From IMG/VR virus record IMGVR_UViG_3300045988_146982, positions 1,038-65,037 of that record: a DNA stretch of 64,000 nucleotides. One strand, 5' to 3'. The position numbers and the translations under genes are program-made. The notes under the pieces were generated by a model. It worked only from the letters and a program-made list of their open reading frames with translations, did no database searches and had not been told where the DNA came from. Positions 61,882 to 64,000 of the stretch are shown here, piece after piece. Numbering within the stretch: the first letter of the stretch is position 1; the number at the start of each line of letters is the position of its first letter. The DNA is from a virus.

Positions 61882-63351
61882 ATGAAATTCAATCAATACC
61901 TTTGGAATCTATACAAGAACTCCCCTTCCGGGAAAGTTGTCATATCCAGCTTTTCAGACAGAAAGGAATGGATAGACGAGGAGCAGCTTTTAGAACGCTA
62001 TAACCCAAGTATCAAAGACAATTTCAACAAAGAAATTATATGCGAAATACTGGAAGATTTTTGGTGCTATAAAGTTTCCGATTTTGAAGGTATAGAATAT
62101 CCGTCACTTGATGAAGCTAGTAGTATATATGAAGGTATTATCTCTACCGGACTACGGATAGAGAATGAAGAAGTATTAAAGATAGGAGATTTCAACTTGA
62201 TGCTTGAATACATCCCATTCCTCTCAATGGAGTTAAACTACCTATTTGGTGAATATTTCTTTCCATATTTGTACATTGACAGATTCTATGAACTCAAAAA
62301 GTTAGCTGACTATTTTGAAATAGAATTGCCGCCAATTCCCAAGAAGCCCGATTACAAAAATAGGTGCATGTATTATTGGGAACTATGCAAAGTGTTCTAC
62401 TATTTCAGAATGGAAAACAACTTGACACCCGATGAATTGAGCGCATTTATGTATGATTATGTGCCAAACCTTCTGAATACGGAAGAAAAAGGAGTTATTC
62501 CGAAACCATCACAAGCATGGTTTATCGGTGGATTAATAAGAGGATATGGTGAACATTGGACTACCGGATTTTGGCAAACCAATCAAGAAACTAAGAAAGG
62601 AGATATTCTTGTTCATTACGAGACATCACCTATAAGCGCAATTACTTGTTTGTGGATAGCACAAACCGATGGTGTTATCGACCCGTTCTTCCACTATTAC
62701 AGCAACACTTATATAAGTAACAGAATAGCCATTCCTCACATCACATTAAAAGAGCTTCGGGAAGATGAACACTTCTCCAGCCACCCGCTCATAAGAAAGA
62801 ACTTTCAAGGAGTGAACGGATGGTCAATGAGTAGCGAGGATTATTCAGAACTCCTGCGAATGATAAAGGCAAAAGGATTTGATATAGACACCCTGCCGAA
62901 GCTATATACTCCTACACTACCCAAGAATGTAAGTATAGAAAAAGAAAGAGATGTGGAACTACAACTACTGGAACCATTGCTTAACTCTATGGGATGGTAT
63001 GAGAACAAAGACTTCATTCGTCAATTACCAATACATGCAGGACGTGGACACCGGATATTTCCCGACTATGCTCTGCATTACGATAATAAGCCAGACGAAG
63101 AAAAAGCAAAGGTTTTAATTGAGGCAAAACTCTACATGAAGAATAACCAAGAAATAGAAGAAGCATTTTTGCAGGCTCGCTCATACGCTCAGCTTCTTGA
63201 ATCCTATATCATCATCCTATGTGATAAAGTGGGGTTAATTGTATATAAGAAAAAGGGAAGTTTTGACCGAGGCAGGTACAAAAAATACTATTGGGAAGAG
63301 CTTGAAAATACTGATATTTTCAACGAATTAAAGAACAAACTAAATATTTAA
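61882..63351 (+). CDS. Fusion protein: unknown N-terminal domain + PUA-like (EVE/ASCH-type) domain + C-terminal PD-(D/E)xK nuclease (HSDR_N-like)
   Basis: The C-terminus ERDVELQLLEPLLNSMGW...FPDYALHY...KVLIEAK fits the type I R-subunit N-terminal nuclease pattern. The middle region WFIGG...KKGDILVHYETSPISAI looks PUA-like. Confidence 0.55.
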   Translation: MKFNQYLWNLYKNSPSGKVVISSFSDRKEWIDEEQLLERYNPSIKDNFNKEIICEILEDFWCYKVSDFEGIEYPSLDEASSIYEGIISTGLRIENEEVLKIGDFNLMLEYIPFLSMELNYLFGEYFFPYLYIDRFYELKKLADYFEIELPPIPKKPDYKNRCMYYWELCKVFYYFRMENNLTPDELSAFMYDYVPNLLNTEEKGVIPKPSQAWFIGGLIRGYGEHWTTGFWQTNQETKKGDILVHYETSPISAITCLWIAQTDGVIDPFFHYYSNTYISNRIAIPHITLKELREDEHFSSHPLIRKNFQGVNGWSMSSEDYSELLRMIKAKGFDIDTLPKLYTPTLPKNVSIEKERDVELQLLEPLLNSMGWYENKDFIRQLPIHAGRGHRIFPDYALHYDNKPDEEKAKVLIEAKLYMKNNQEIEEAFLQARSYAQLLESYIIILCDKVGLIVYKKKGSFDRGRYKKYYWEELENTDIFNELKNKLNI

Positions 63352-63355
63352 GATT

Positions 63356-63553
63356 ATGATTGACTTTCTAACCATCATACTCCTAATATTCGGAGTATTA
63401 CAAATCATCCTCTTCTTCAAAGTATGGGGAATGACAAACGACATCAAAGATATAAGGAACAAGTATCTCAAAGACGAAGATGAGAAACAAAGAAAAAACA
63501 CAGAGTATGACGTTATAACCAAAATAAGTGGCGGTTCTAAACCAACAATATAA
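63356..63553 (+). CDS. Small membrane protein (65 aa)
   Basis: N-terminal TM segment FLTIILLIFGVLQIILFFKVW. Confidence 0.45.
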   Translation: MIDFLTIILLIFGVLQIILFFKVWGMTNDIKDIRNKYLKDEDEKQRKNTEYDVITKISGGSKPTI

Positions 63554-63574
63554 ATCATTTAATTAACATTTCAA

Positions 63575-63725
63575 GAGATCGTAATTTAAACTGTGTCAAT
63601 CCTTAACAAGTCTGATTATCTCAAATTTTACTTTCGGATAAATATCTGAATATCAGATGAATTCAGAGTAGTATTAAACTAAGAAATAATAAACTAAAGG
63701 TTTGACACAGTTCTATTTACATAGC
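63575..63725. repeat. Right copy of the 151-bp perfect inverted repeat
   Basis: Reverse complement of 294-444, 151/151 identical. Confidence 0.95.
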
Positions 63726-63850
63726 CATTTCCAATACCACTGACAAAGTGGCAAATGTATAGTAGATTGTGTTTTGAAATATTCAGAAAGCCAAGCGTAA
63801 TTGCCTGATAATAAACAAAGTTGCTTTCCTCCTTTTACTGACCTTCTAAG

Positions 63851-63884
63851 GCGTGGGTCCTGCGTTCGAATCGCAGCGGAATCA
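63851..63884 (+). tRNA. tRNA 3' fragment (T arm + acceptor 3' strand); likely an att core or displaced tRNA end
   Basis: CTGCG-TTCGAAT-CGCAG T arm, then CGGAATC-A. No matching 5' acceptor strand (GATTCCG) lies upstream. Confidence 0.6.
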
Positions 63885-63891
63885 CTTTTAT

Positions 63892-63926
63892 AAAACGCTG
63901 ATTACCAATAAAATAATCAGCGTTTT
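63892..63926 (+). terminator. Intrinsic terminator after the tRNA fragment
   Basis: AAAACGCTGATTA pairs with TAATCAGCGTTTT (13-bp stem). Confidence 0.7.
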
Positions 63927-64000
63927 CTCTTCTAAAGCAGCTGCTCTGCATAAAAAAAACTGCATTTCTACGAATATATTTGAGCAAAATTGTATAGTAG

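Larger units (their letters stand above)
1..63884. mobile_element. Integrated temperate tailed prophage with siphovirus-like gene order; the left boundary lies beyond the window and the right boundary is a displaced tRNA 3' fragment
   Basis: One block holds an integrase fragment plus lysis, DGR/tail fibre, tape measure, head, terminase, replication/recombination and CI-type lysogeny modules. A tRNA T-arm/acceptor fragment sits at 63851-63884. Promoters fit TAnnTTTG. Confidence 0.8.

Noticed and set aside
294-63725. Mu-like transposable phage or composite transposon as the explanation for the terminal inverted repeats
   Set aside because: I recognised no DDE transposase or MuB-like gene in the window. 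There is no target-site duplication (flanks TAGGT versus CATTT). The phage has a terminase packaging module and an integrase/tRNA junction.
63781-63884. A complete tRNA gene at the right end
   Set aside because: Only the T arm and 3' acceptor strand are present. No complementary 5' acceptor strand, D arm or anticodon arm can be folded from the upstream ~70 nt.
1-64000. CRISPR arrays or rRNA genes
   Set aside because: No regularly spaced direct repeats and no rRNA-like sequence were seen anywhere in the window.

Overview
The window is almost entirely one integrated temperate tailed prophage of about 63 kb. Its signals look Bacteroidales-type: TAnnTTTG -7 promoter boxes, no Shine-Dalgarno motifs, and typical protein families. 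It starts inside a tyrosine integrase gene (1-261) and ends at a displaced tRNA 3' fragment (63851-63884) followed by a host-type terminator. Nearly all genes are on the minus strand. Left to right on + coordinates they are: a lysis cassette (1.1-3.2 kb); a complete diversity-generating retroelement (RT, TR, Avd, VR; 3.8-5.9 kb) aimed at a 1994-aa tail-fibre-like protein; tail fibre and tail-tip genes; the tape measure gene; a 4.8-kb accessory/regulatory island with an antirepressor and an HTH regulator; tail chaperone and major tail genes; head-tail joining genes; capsid genes; a HigBA module plus an HNH-like moron; portal and terminase; ParB/PAPS-reductase; a long early/replication/recombination region (42-60 kb) with two DNA methyltransferases; and a plus-strand lysogeny module (60.3-63.6 kb) with a CI/LexA-type repressor and a PUA-like + PD-(D/E)xK nuclease fusion. 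These observations look most worth follow-up: (1) four tRNA-like genes, one with an initiator-type acceptor stem but a GAC anticodon, two with intact cloverleaf arms but anticodon loops of 16 and 45 nt, and one with a 66-nt aberrant core; (2) a perfect 151-bp inverted repeat pair bracketing the whole phage interior; (3) an in-frame 70-codon Ig-like extension after the TGA stop of the major tail gene; (4) a 12-nt motif TAYACGATTATG fused to about 12 early-gene start codons; (5) a recurrent palindrome CACGACAAT-N6-ATTGTCGTG; (6) a second, immI-like immunity region splitting the tail operon. All folds, alignments and family assignments were done by eye, and no database search was run.
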